Below are positions 17,453 to 24,779 of a stretch of DNA of 32,000 bases, piece by piece. The notes under the pieces were generated by a model. That model was not told the DNA's origin and did no database searches. It was given only the letters and a program-made list of their open reading frames with translations. Position 1 is the stretch's first letter. The number at the start of each line of letters is the position of its first letter. Where the stretch lies: contig CAWJMG010000003.1 in NCBI GenBank assembly GCA_963843975.1, positions 2,190,001-2,222,000 of the forward strand, read 5' to 3'. This DNA comes from an uncultured Actinomycetes bacterium. Its GTDB lineage: Bacteria; Actinomycetota; Actinomycetes; S36-B12; CAIYMF01. Position numbers and translations under genes: made by a program.

Positions 17453-17893
17453 TCAGTTCTCGTCGGCCGCGAGCACGGCCTCGACGTCGGCGGCGGCGAT
17501 GCGCTCGAGGGCGACCACCTGTCCGCCGTTGGCTCGGATCGCCTGGCCGACGCGGATCGCCCAGGTGTTCTCCCAGGCGAGCATCAGCACGGCGCTGTCG
17601 TTGGGCATCTCGGACACGACCGAGGTGGCGTCGTCCTCGCCGATGAGGCCCGGGATGTCGCCCTGCAGGGCGATGAGGTCCGGGATCCCGTCACCGTCGA
17701 TGTCGGTGATCTCCGCGAGCGTGATCGTGCCGTCCTCGGCCTTGTGAATCATGATCGCGTCGAGCAGGCGGACGGTGCCAGCGCGCACGAGGTCGGCGAT
17801 CGCCGAGGCGACCGCGCCGTTGAACGTGGGCTCGTCGAACGCGATGACCGCGACGTCGACGGGGCCGGCCGGCTTGAGTGCTGCGTCGACCAT
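17453..17893 (-). CDS. Conserved acidic hypothetical protein (DUF6325-like; family name from memory, unverified)
   Basis: 146 aa from the ATG at 17893: MVDAALKPAGPVDVAVIAFDEPTFNGAVASAIADLVRAGTVRLLDAIMIHKAEDGTITLAEITDIDGDGIPDLIALQGDIPGLIGEDD... Its stop is 11 nt before the SHOCT gene start, so the two are probably co-transcribed. Confidence 0.65.
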   Translation of the reverse strand: MVDAALKPAGPVDVAVIAFDEPTFNGAVASAIADLVRAGTVRLLDAIMIHKAEDGTITLAEITDIDGDGIPDLIALQGDIPGLIGEDDATSVVSEMPNDSAVLMLAWENTWAIRVGQAIRANGGQVVALERIAAADVEAVLAADEN

Positions 17894-17991
17894 GACGCGT
17901 CTCCCCTCTGGTGGCGCCCGGGTGGACGCCGTTACGCAGGGAAACCTAGCCCGCACTCCCCGTGGGAGTCACCCGAACCCCGCAAAGTTGG

Positions 17992-19020
17992 TCATCCGTC
18001 CAGGGAGCAGCCCACCAGGACGGGCTCGGCCTCCAGCGAGACGCCGAACTGGTCGCGGACGCCGTCGCGCACCTCGCGGGCCAGGGCGAGGAGATCGGCG
18101 GTCGAGGCGCCGCCCCGGTTGGTCAAGGCGAGGGTGTGCTTCGTGGACAGCGTCGCGGGCCCGGCGCCGTGGCCCCGGGCGAACCCCGCCCGCTCGATCA
18201 GCCACGCGGCGCTCGTCTTCACCCGCCCGTCGGCCGTCGGCCAGCGCGGGGCGTCGTCGGGGAGCGCTGCCGCGGCATCGGCCGCGAGCAGCGGGTTGGT
18301 GAAGAACGAGCCGGCGCTCCACGAGTCGTGGTCGGCGGCGTCGAGCACCATCCCCTTGCCGCGGCGTAGGGCGAGGACGGCCTCGCGGACGTCGGCGAGC
18401 GGTGCGCGGGCGCCGATCTCGACTCCCAGGCTGCGCGCGAGCTCGGCGTACTGGATCGGGGTGCTCGTGCCGGAGAGCTTCATCTGGAACGTCACGTCGA
18501 GCACGAGGTAGCGGTCGGGCTCGGCCTTGAACCGGCTGGTGCGGTAGCCGAGGCCGAGGTCGGCGTGCATGAACGTGCGCTGCTCGCCGGTGGAGCGGTC
18601 GAGGGTGCGGACGCGGGCGAGGACGTCGCCCACCTCCTGGCCGTAGGCGCCGACGTTCTGCAGAGGGGTGGCGCCGACGGAGCCGGGGATGCCCGCGAGG
18701 CACTCGACTCCTGCCCAGCCCTCGGCCCCTGCCCGGGCCACGAAGGAGTCCCACTCCTCCCCCGCGGCGACCGTCACGTAGGCGCCGCCGCACATGTCGG
18801 AGTCGACCTGCACGCCCGTGGTCCGGACGAGGACGACGACGCCGGGGAAGCCCTCGTCGGCCACGACGAGGTTGCTGCCGCCGGCCACGACCAGGACGGG
18901 CTCGCCCGCGGCGTCGGCCGCGCGCACGGCGTCGACCAGCGTGCGCTCGTCCTCGGCCACCACCAGGCGGCGGGCGGGGCCGCCGAGGCGCAGCGTGGTG
19001 AGGTCGGCCAGGGTCGTCAC
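17992..19020 (-). CDS. murB: UDP-N-acetylenolpyruvoylglucosamine reductase
   Basis: 342 aa, GTG start: MTTLADLTTLRLGGPARRLVVAEDERTLVDAVRAADAAGEPVLVVAGGSNLVVADEGFPGVVV...GIPGSVGATPLQNVGAYGQEV...SAGSFFTNP...SAAWLIERAGF...STKHTLALTNRG. FAD-binding and MurB C-terminal signatures. Confidence 0.93.
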   Translation of the reverse strand: MTTLADLTTLRLGGPARRLVVAEDERTLVDAVRAADAAGEPVLVVAGGSNLVVADEGFPGVVVLVRTTGVQVDSDMCGGAYVTVAAGEEWDSFVARAGAEGWAGVECLAGIPGSVGATPLQNVGAYGQEVGDVLARVRTLDRSTGEQRTFMHADLGLGYRTSRFKAEPDRYLVLDVTFQMKLSGTSTPIQYAELARSLGVEIGARAPLADVREAVLALRRGKGMVLDAADHDSWSAGSFFTNPLLAADAAAALPDDAPRWPTADGRVKTSAAWLIERAGFARGHGAGPATLSTKHTLALTNRGGASTADLLALAREVRDGVRDQFGVSLEAEPVLVGCSLDG

Positions 19021-19051
19021 GGGGACGAGCCTAGGGCGGCGGGCTGCGTGC

Positions 19052-19480
19052 TCAGGCCAGGCGGACGACGGCCTGGGCCTTGCCCAGCACGGTGGAGCCG
19101 TCGAAGACCGCGGTGAGGTCGACCCGGACGGTGCCGTCCTCGCGCTTGTCGGCCACGACGCCGCTGATCTCGACCGTGGCTCCGGCGTCGTCGTTCGGGA
19201 CGACGACCGGCCGGGTGAAGCGGACGCCGTACTCGAGCACGGCTCCCGGGTCGCCGACCCAGTCGGTCACGACGCGGCCTGCTGTGGCCATCGTGAGCAT
19301 GCCGTGGGCGATCACGTCCGGGAGGCCGACGGCCGTCGCGAACTTCTCGTTCCAGTGGATCGGGTTGAAGTCGCCCGAGGCGCCGGCGTACATCACGAGG
19401 TTGACCCGCTGGAGGCGGGCGGTGATCGAGGGCAGGGCGTCGCCCACCTCGACGTCGGACCAGGCGACGGTGGTGGCCAT
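19052..19480 (-). CDS. MaoC-like (R)-specific hydratase/dehydratase, catalytic hot-dog subunit (HadB-like)
   Basis: 142 aa from the ATG at 19480: [65 protein letters not shown]. It contains the hydratase-2 motif region (SGDFNPIH...HG). The start overlaps the upstream stop (ATGA). Confidence 0.85.
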   Translation of the reverse strand: MATTVAWSDVEVGDALPSITARLQRVNLVMYAGASGDFNPIHWNEKFATAVGLPDVIAHGMLTMATAGRVVTDWVGDPGAVLEYGVRFTRPVVVPNDDAGATVEISGVVADKREDGTVRVDLTAVFDGSTVLGKAQAVVRLA

Positions 19481-19941
19481 CAGGACTCCCCGCCGGTGCC
19501 GCGGGCGACCGTGACGGTCCACGCGGAGCAGATCGGGTCGCCGTCGACGGTCGCGATGTCCGACCGGGTCGTGAGGATGTCGTTGCCCGCGGCGACGCGG
19601 ATGTTCTCGATCGTGGTGGTCGTGGTGACCTCGTCCCCGGCCCGCAGCGGGCGCGTGTACGCGAAGCGCTGCTCGCCGTGCACCACCCGGCTGTAGTCGA
19701 GGCCGAGGCCCGGGTCGAAGACCGCGGCCGCCATCGCCCGCATCGCGAGGGTGAAGGCGAAGGTCGGCGGCGCGACGAGGTCGGGGTGTCCGAGGGCCTG
19801 GGCGTGCGCGACGTCGTGGTACGCCGGGTTCATGTCGCCGATGGCGATCGCGAACTCGCGCAGCTTCTCGCGGCCCACCTGGTACGGCGGGCTCGGCGGG
19901 TAGACCTTGCCGAGGTAGTCCTGGTTGAGTGCCACGGTCAC
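19480..19941 (-). CDS. MaoC-like N-terminal-type hot-dog subunit (HadA/HadC-like, non-catalytic partner)
   Basis: 153 aa from the GTG at 19941: (M)[62 protein letters not shown]...[20 protein letters not shown]. The start overlaps the SDR stop (ATGTGA). Confidence 0.85.
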   Translation of the reverse strand: MTVALNQDYLGKVYPPSPPYQVGREKLREFAIAIGDMNPAYHDVAHAQALGHPDLVAPPTFAFTLAMRAMAAAVFDPGLGLDYSRVVHGEQRFAYTRPLRAGDEVTTTTTIENIRVAAGNDILTTRSDIATVDGDPICSAWTVTVARGTGGES

Positions 19942-20748
19942 ATGCCTCCGAGCTGTCCGCCGGTGACGGGGATGGTGACGCCCGAGACGAAGTCGGCGTC
20001 GCCGGACACGAGGAACGCGTGCACGTTGGCGATGTCCTCGGGAACGCCGAGACGGCCCATGGCGATGAGCATGAGCGACATCTGGCGCATCTGCTCGGGG
20101 ATGCCGAGGTCGCTGGCGTCGGTCTTGGCCTGGGTCAGGCGGGTCTCGATGAAGCCGGGCGCCACGGCGTTGACGTTGATGCCGAACGGCCCGAGCTCGC
20201 GAGCGAGCGTCTTGGTCGTGGCGATGAGCGCGCCCTTGGCCGCCGTGTAGTTGTACTGGCCGGCGTTGCCCATCAGGGCCGCGACCGACGACGTGAAGAC
20301 GATCTTGCGGTTGTAGGCGACCTTGCCGTCGGCGGCGATCTCGGCCTTGGCGACGTCGCGGAGGTACGGCATCGAGGCGAGCGTGGTGTGGAACGCCGTC
20401 TTCAGGTTGACGTCGAGGACGAAGTCGAAGATCTCGTCGGTCATGCCGTGGAACATCTTGTCGCGGGTGATGCCGGCGTTGTTGACGACGATGTCGAGCT
20501 TGCCGAAGCCGTCGACCGCGGCCTTGGTGAGGCCGTGGGCCTGCTCGAGCCTCGACGGTGTTCGCCACGTGCAGGAGCGCCTGGCCGCCCTCGGCCTCGA
20601 TCAGGGCGACGGTCTCGGCGGCGGGCTCGGCGTCGATGTCGTTGACGACGACGGAGGCGCCGTCCCTGGCCAGGCGCAGCGCGGTTGCCCGGCCGATGCC
20701 GCGGCCCGCGCCGGTCACGATCGCGACCCGGTCGTCCAGTCGTCCCAC
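19938..20748 (-). pseudogene. Short-chain dehydrogenase/reductase, MFE-2 dehydrogenase-like (FabG-like), with one +1 frameshift near 20550 as sequenced
   Basis: GTG at 20748 (AAGGGGAG RBS): (M)[65 protein letters not shown]. After skipping one base it continues [53 protein letters not shown]...[50 protein letters not shown]... Carries the TGxxxGxG, NNAG and YxxxK motifs. Length 811 nt, which is 270 codons plus 1 extra base. Confidence 0.88.
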
Positions 20749-20861
20749 GATGCTCCCCTTCGTCCGGGCGGCACCGCGCGGTGCCGTCGCCGCGACGCTA
20801 GCCCACCGACCCCCGCGGCGCACCGGCCCCGCCCGACCTTGGACGGGACGGCCCGGAACGT

Positions 20862-20902
20862 CAGGAAGGCCCGCACCCCGGTCGGGGCGGCGGGCCTTCC
20901 TG
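20862..20902 (-). terminator. Stem-loop downstream of rpmG
   Basis: CAGGAAGGCCCGC ... GCGGGCCTTCCTG forms a 13-bp stem enclosing a small CCCCG/CGGGG stem, about 30 nt after the rpmG stop. Confidence 0.6.
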
Positions 20903-20934
20903 GAACGGCTGTGCGGGGCGCGAGGCCCTCCCGG

Positions 20935-21099
20935 CTAGCGGGTCTCCTTGTGGAGGGTGTGCTTGTTGCACTTGGGGCAGTGCTTGTTCATCTCCAGGCG
21001 ATCCGGGTCGTTGCGCCGGTTCTTCTTGGTGATGTAGTTGCGGTCCTTGCACTCCTGGCAGGCCAGGGTGATCTTCGGGCGGACGTCGCTCTTGGCCAC
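20935..21099 (-). CDS. rpmG: 50S ribosomal protein L33 (zinc-ribbon C+ form)
   Basis: Absent from the ORF track because it is under 60 aa. Translated by hand from the GTG at 21099: (M)[53 protein letters not shown], then TAG. 54 aa with two CxxC pairs. Confidence 0.93.
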   Translation of the reverse strand: MAKSDVRPKITLACQECKDRNYITKKNRRNDPDRLEMNKHCPKCNKHTLHKETR

Positions 21100-21136
21100 G
21101 GGAGTGCCTTTCGGGTCTGTCGAAACGTTCGTACGG

Positions 21137-21213
21137 TGGTAGCGGAGGCCGGACTTGAACCGGCGACACAGCGATTATGAGCCGCTTGCTCTGCCAGGCT
21201 GAGCTACTCCGCC
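21137..21213 (-). tRNA. metT: tRNA-Met (anticodon CAT), elongator type, 3' CCA encoded
   Basis: GGCGGAGTAGCTCAGCCTGGCAGAGCAAGCGGCTCATAATCGCTGTGTCGCCGGTTCAAGTCCGGCCTCCGCTACCA. The cloverleaf folds. The anticodon stem lacks the three G-C pairs of initiator tRNA, and positions 1-72 are paired (G-U). Confidence 0.93.
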
Positions 21214-21259
21214 GAGGTTCGGCCCCGCCCCCGGATGGGACGGGTCCGCTTGTTTTCCG

Positions 21260-21332
21260 AGCCCCCATACGGAATCGAACCGTAGACCTTCTCCTTACCA
21301 TGGAGACGCTCTGCCGACTGAGCTATGGGGGC
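21260..21332 (-). tRNA. thrT: tRNA-Thr (anticodon GGT)
   Basis: GCCCCCATAGCTCAGTCGGCAGAGCGTCTCCATGGTAAGGAGAAGGTCTACGGTTCGATTCCGTATGGGGGCT. Acceptor GCCCCCA/TGGGGGC, anticodon loop ATGGTAA. Confidence 0.95.
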
Positions 21333-21448
21333 GTAGAGCCTGAGCAGCGTACCCGGTGGGCATCTGATCCTCCAAAACGAGGGCGGCCGGACGGCCGGGC
21401 AGGCCGGCCCGGGACGCGGAGGCCCTTCGGGCGGGCGAGGATGACCCC

Positions 21449-22408
21449 ATGAGCACCTGGACCGCCGCCGACATCCCCGATCTCTCCGGCCGCCGCGCCC
21501 TCGTCACCGGGGCCAACTCCGGCATCGGGTTCGTCACCGCCCTCGAGCTCGCCCGGCACGGCGCCGGCGTGCTCCTCGGCGTCCGGGACGCCGGCCGCGG
21601 CGAGACCGCCCGCGCGCGGATCGCCGAGGCCGTGGGCGACGGCCCCGGCAGCGTGGCCGTCGTCCCCCTCGACCTGGCCGACCTGGCGTCGGTGCGCGCC
21701 GCCGCCGAGACGGTCGGCGCCGCGCCGCTCCACCTGCTGGTCAACAACGCCGGGGTCATGGCGATCCCGCGGCGCGAGACCGCCGACGGCTTCGAGATGC
21801 AGCTCGGCACCAACCACCTCGGCCACATGGCCCTCACGCTGCAGCTCCTTCCGGCCATGGCGCGGGCGGGCTCGGCGTCGGCGCCGTCCCGGGTGGTCAC
21901 GGTGTCCAGCAACGCGCACAAGATGGGCCGGATCAAGCTCGACGACCTCATGGGTGCGCAGAAGTACCAGCCCTGGGTGGCCTACGGGCAGAGCAAGCTG
22001 GCCAACCTGCTCTTCACCTTCGAGCTCCAGCACCGGCTCGACGCCGCCGGTCTGCCCGTGGGGGCCTACGCCGCGCACCCCGGCTTCGCGGCCACCAACC
22101 TCCAGGGTGTGGCACCCGCCATGACGGGGAGCACGATCGGCGCCCGCCTGTCCGAGCTCGGCACCCGACTGCTCGGCCAGCCCGCCGAGATGGGCGCTCT
22201 GCCGACCCTGTACGTCGCCACCGAGCCGGGGCTGCCGCCCACGTCCTACGCCGGGCCGGACGGGTTCCTCGAGCAGCACGGGAACCCGCGCCTGGTGGGC
22301 ACGACCGCGGCTGCTCGCGACCCCCGGATGGCCGAGGCGCTGTGGAGCGCGTCCGAGGCGCTCGTCGGCCTTCGGTTCGAGGACGCCGTGGCCGGGATCC
22401 CCGGCTGA
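21449..22408 (+). CDS. SDR-family oxidoreductase (retinol dehydrogenase / WWOX-like subgroup)
   Basis: 319 aa, ATG at 21449 with a GAGGA RBS: MSTWTAADIPDLSGRRALVTGANSGIGFVTALELARHGAGVLLGVRD...LLVNNAGVMAIP...VVTVSSNAH...YGQSKLANLLF. Carries TGxxxGxG, NNAG and YxxxK motifs. Confidence 0.88.
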   Translation: MSTWTAADIPDLSGRRALVTGANSGIGFVTALELARHGAGVLLGVRDAGRGETARARIAEAVGDGPGSVAVVPLDLADLASVRAAAETVGAAPLHLLVNNAGVMAIPRRETADGFEMQLGTNHLGHMALTLQLLPAMARAGSASAPSRVVTVSSNAHKMGRIKLDDLMGAQKYQPWVAYGQSKLANLLFTFELQHRLDAAGLPVGAYAAHPGFAATNLQGVAPAMTGSTIGARLSELGTRLLGQPAEMGALPTLYVATEPGLPPTSYAGPDGFLEQHGNPRLVGTTAAARDPRMAEALWSASEALVGLRFEDAVAGIPG

Positions 22409-22428
22409 GGGGTCGTCCCACGAACGAG

Positions 22429-22462
22429 AGGAGGCCCGACCCCCGTGGGGGTCGGGCCTCCT
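22429..22462. terminator. Bidirectional hairpin between the SDR gene (+) and tRNA-Tyr (-)
   Basis: AGGAGGCCCGACCCC-cgtg-GGGGTCGGGCCTCCT: a nearly perfect 15-16 bp palindrome, 20 nt after the SDR stop and 7 nt after the tRNA-Tyr 3' end. Confidence 0.75.
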
Positions 22463-22468
22463 GCCGTG

Positions 22469-22550
22469 TGGCGGGTGATGGATTCGAACCATCGAAGGCA
22501 AAGCCGACGGATTTACAGTCCGCTCCCATTGGCCGCTCGGGCAACCCGCC
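22469..22550 (-). tRNA. tyrT: tRNA-Tyr (anticodon GTA), long variable arm
   Basis: GGCGGGTTGCCCGAGCGGCCAATGGGAGCGGACTGTAAATCCGTCGGCTTTGCCTTCGATGGTTCGAATCCATCACCCGCCA. Acceptor GGCGGGT/ACCCGCC, anticodon loop CTGTAAA, GGTTCGAATCC T-arm. Confidence 0.95.
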
Positions 22551-22660
22551 TTTGCCGTCCGAGGACAGCAGAGGGGAGGATACATAGGAGGCACGGCGAG
22601 GGCGAAATCCCCGCCTGGCGCCCAGCCCGAACGACCGACCGCGAAGGGACGACACCGGCC

Positions 22661-23152
22661 ATGGCCGACAGCAGCTTCGACATCGTGAGCAAGGTCGACC
22701 GCCAGGAGGTCGACAACGCCCTGAACCAGGCGGCCAAGGAGCTCTCCCAGCGGTTCGACTTCAAGAACACGAGCACCACGATCGAGTGGAAGGGCGAGCT
22801 CGCGGTCGAGATCACGTCCTCCACCGAGGAGCGCGCCGCAGCCGCCCTCGATGTGTTCCGCGACAAGCTGGTGAAGCGCCAGCTCTCGCTCAAGTCGCTC
22901 ACGGCCGAGGACCCGCGCTCCTCCGGCAAGGAGTACAAGATCGCCATGACCTTCCAGGCCGGCATCAACCAGGAGCAGGCCAAGAAGCTCGGCAAGCTCA
23001 TCCGCGACGACGGCCCCAAGACCGTCAAGGCGCAGGTCATGGGCGAGGAGCTCCGCGTCACCTCCAAGAGCCGCGACGACCTGCAGGCCGTCCAGTCGCT
23101 CGTGCGCGACGCCGACCTGGACTTCGCCGTCCAGTTCGTGAACTACCGCTAG
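22661..23152 (+). CDS. yajQ: YajQ-family nucleotide (cyclic-di-GMP)-binding protein (UPF0234/DUF520)
   Basis: 163 aa from the ATG at 22661: [80 protein letters not shown]...[33 protein letters not shown]. The track ORF from 22445 would overlap tRNA-Tyr. Confidence 0.9.
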   Translation: MADSSFDIVSKVDRQEVDNALNQAAKELSQRFDFKNTSTTIEWKGELAVEITSSTEERAAAALDVFRDKLVKRQLSLKSLTAEDPRSSGKEYKIAMTFQAGINQEQAKKLGKLIRDDGPKTVKAQVMGEELRVTSKSRDDLQAVQSLVRDADLDFAVQFVNYR

Positions 23153-23154
23153 TC

Positions 23155-23184
23155 GCGACCCAAGCCGGGCGTGCGGCGGGTCGC
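23155..23184 (+). terminator. Stem-loop right after yajQ
   Basis: GCGACCC-aa-GCCG-ggcgtg-CGGC-GGGTCGC (7 + 4 bp), starting 3 nt after the yajQ TAG. Confidence 0.45.
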
Positions 23185-23289
23185 AGCACCCGCCCGCGCT
23201 CGCACCATCTGCGACTCCGTCGTTTCCGGGGAGCGTCGAGGCCCGGGAAGCGACGGATTCTCAGTTCGTACCCCAGGTTGGGAACGAAG

Positions 23290-23299
23290 CCCCCCCCCC
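23290..23299. repeat. C10 (G10 on the minus strand) homopolymer tract in a convergent intergenic region
   Basis: aagCCCCCCCCCCgcc, counted directly. It lies between the yajQ and nuoI-like 3' ends. Confidence 0.9.
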
Positions 23300-23329
23300 G
23301 CCACACACGGTCGGTTCGCGTCTGACGCG

Positions 23330-23701
23330 TCAGGCGTCGCGCTTGTCTGCCTCGGGTGCGCTCGCTTCCCAGCCGGCCAGGCGGTCGCGCTCGTGGGTGA
23401 GCTCGGTGAGGGTCGTGCCGGCGTACTCGTGCTCGGGCGACCAGTGCAGCGCGTCGAACGGGCACACCTCGATGCAGATGCCGCAGTAGAGGCAGAGCGA
23501 GAAGTCGATCGCGAACCGGTCGAGCACGTTCTCGGTGCGCGGGCGGCGGTGCACCTCGTCCGCGGGGAGCGTCTCGGTGTGACCCTCGATGTGGATGCAC
23601 CAGTCGGGGCACTCACGGGCGCAGAGCATGCAGACCGTGCAGTTCTCCTCGACGAGGGAGATCACCCCGCGGCTGCGAGCAGGGACGACGTGGTCGCTCA
23701 T
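23330..23701 (-). CDS. NuoI-like 2x[4Fe-4S] ferredoxin-type subunit
   Basis: 123 aa from the ATG at 23701: [93 protein letters not shown]. It has two CxxCxxCxxxCP motifs with NuoI-type spacing. The start overlaps the nuoC-like stop (ATGA). Confidence 0.85.
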   Translation of the reverse strand: MSDHVVPARSRGVISLVEENCTVCMLCARECPDWCIHIEGHTETLPADEVHRRPRTENVLDRFAIDFSLCLYCGICIEVCPFDALHWSPEHEYAGTTLTELTHERDRLAGWEASAPEADKRDA

Positions 23702-24240
23702 GCCTCGCTCCCCCAACCCTCGGGGACGCCGGGCGGCAGGGTGCGGCGACGCGCGCGGCCGGTGTCGCCGGCCGGGTCCTTCTCGCCGGGCCACGGCCGC
23801 GCGACGCGGGCGGCCAGCACGAAGTCCTTGCGCAGGGGGAAGGCGCCGAGCGACGGCTGGGTGCGCAGCGAAGAGAGGTCGGGGTGCCCGACGAACACGA
23901 CGCCGAACATCTCGTGCACCGACCGCTCGTGCCAGGCCCAGCCGCGGTGGACGCCGACGGCGCTCGCGACCTCGAGCCGGTCGGCCGGCACCCGGGTGCG
24001 CAGCAGCACGTGGTCGGCCGCGTCGGGCGTCGCGACGTGCGCGACCACCGCGATCCCGAGGTCGAGCTCGTCGTAGGCGGTGAGGTAGTCGGCGTACGTC
24101 GCCGCCGCAGCGGCGGCCGCGGCGAGCGCCGGCACCCACGCCGACGGCGAGACGTCGACCGTCACCGGGCCGAATCCCGCCGTCACGGCCAGCACCTGCT
24201 CGCCGAGCGCGGCGCGGACCGCCTCGACCAGCGCGCTCAT
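23698..24240 (-). CDS. NuoC-like (complex I 30-kDa subunit family) protein
   Basis: 180 aa: [39 protein letters not shown]...[40 protein letters not shown]. This is the NuoC signature (ERE..DMFGI.F.GHPDL...FPLRKD). The start overlaps the nuoB-like stop. Confidence 0.85.
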   Translation of the reverse strand: MSALVEAVRAALGEQVLAVTAGFGPVTVDVSPSAWVPALAAAAAAAATYADYLTAYDELDLGIAVVAHVATPDAADHVLLRTRVPADRLEVASAVGVHRGWAWHERSVHEMFGVVFVGHPDLSSLRTQPSLGAFPLRKDFVLAARVARPWPGEKDPAGDTGRARRRTLPPGVPEGWGSEA

Positions 24241-24728
24241 CGGGCCACCCCCGGGAGGCGGCGCAGGCCGTCGGCGAGCGCCTCGGGGCGCGGCGGGCAG
24301 CCGGGCACGTAGACGTCGACGGGCACGACCTGGTCGACGCCCTTGGTCACGGAGTACGAGTCCCAGTAGGGCCCGCCCGAGCTGGCGCAGGCGCCGAACG
24401 ACACCACGGGCGTGCCCGGAGGAAGCGACGCGTGCAGCTCGCGCAGGGCCGGGGCGAGGACGTCGGTGCAGGTGCCGGAGACCACCAGGACGTCGACGGC
24501 GTCAGCCTCGGGATCGGCGTCCGCGATCAGTCCGGCCGCACGGGCCTCGGGGCGGCGCAGCGCCGCAGCCACGAGCTCGACGGAGCAGCAGGCGAGGCCC
24601 GCGCCCGCGACGTGCAGGGCGACGACCCGGTCGTCGGCGCCGTCGAGGTCGACGGTCAACCGCAGCGGCGCTCCGGGGCCGGGCCGGCCGAGACCGGGGA
24701 GGCCGAGAAGGACATCGCCGTCCGCCAC
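24237..24728 (-). CDS. NuoB-like (complex I 20-kDa / hydrogenase small-subunit family) protein
   Basis: 163 aa, GTG at 24728 with an AGGGAGG RBS: ...[23 protein letters not shown]...[72 protein letters not shown]. All four N2-cluster cysteines (CC, C, C) are present. Confidence 0.88.
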   Translation of the reverse strand: MADGDVLLGLPGLGRPGPGAPLRLTVDLDGADDRVVALHVAGAGLACCSVELVAAALRRPEARAAGLIADADPEADAVDVLVVSGTCTDVLAPALRELHASLPPGTPVVSFGACASSGGPYWDSYSVTKGVDQVVPVDVYVPGCPPRPEALADGLRRLPGVAR

Positions 24729-24773
24729 GTCCGCCTCCCTCTCCTCGCGCTCTCGCTGCTGCTCTCAGCAGAG

Positions 24774-24779
24774 CCTAGG
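24774..24779. repeat. Left copy of the 6-bp target-site duplication (CCTAGG)
   Basis: CCTAGG immediately abuts the left IS end. An identical hexamer abuts the right end at 25861..25866. Confidence 0.9.

Noticed and set aside
15562-17646. ORFs 15562..17646 (+, 694 aa) and 15623..17311 (-, 562 aa) overlapping aspC, the SHOCT gene and tRNA-Trp.
   Set aside because: Arg/Pro/Ala-rich compositional ORFs in alternative frames of real genes. They run across a tRNA and a strong terminator hairpin. No conserved motifs.
19480-20823. A 447-aa ORF that looks like a fused SDR-hot-dog (MFE-2-like) single polypeptide.
   Set aside because: The middle ~270 aa are out-of-frame nonsense (Arg/Pro/His-rich) produced by the +1 frameshift near 20550. 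In the corrected frame the SDR ends at its own stop (19938). The hot-dog gene starts separately at the GTG at 19941.
21137-21213. tRNA-Met(CAT) as the initiator tRNA or a tRNA-Ile2 (lysidine) gene.
   Set aside because: The anticodon stem lacks the three consecutive G-C pairs of initiator tRNA, and positions 1-72 are paired. The position after tRNA-Thr and before rpmG matches the elongator metT of other actinobacteria. Ile2 identity cannot be fully excluded from sequence alone.
22445-22660. Upstream extension of the yajQ ORF (track start 22445).
   Set aside because: It would overlap tRNA-Tyr on the opposite strand. The conserved YajQ N-terminus ([13 protein letters not shown]) begins at the ATG at 22661.
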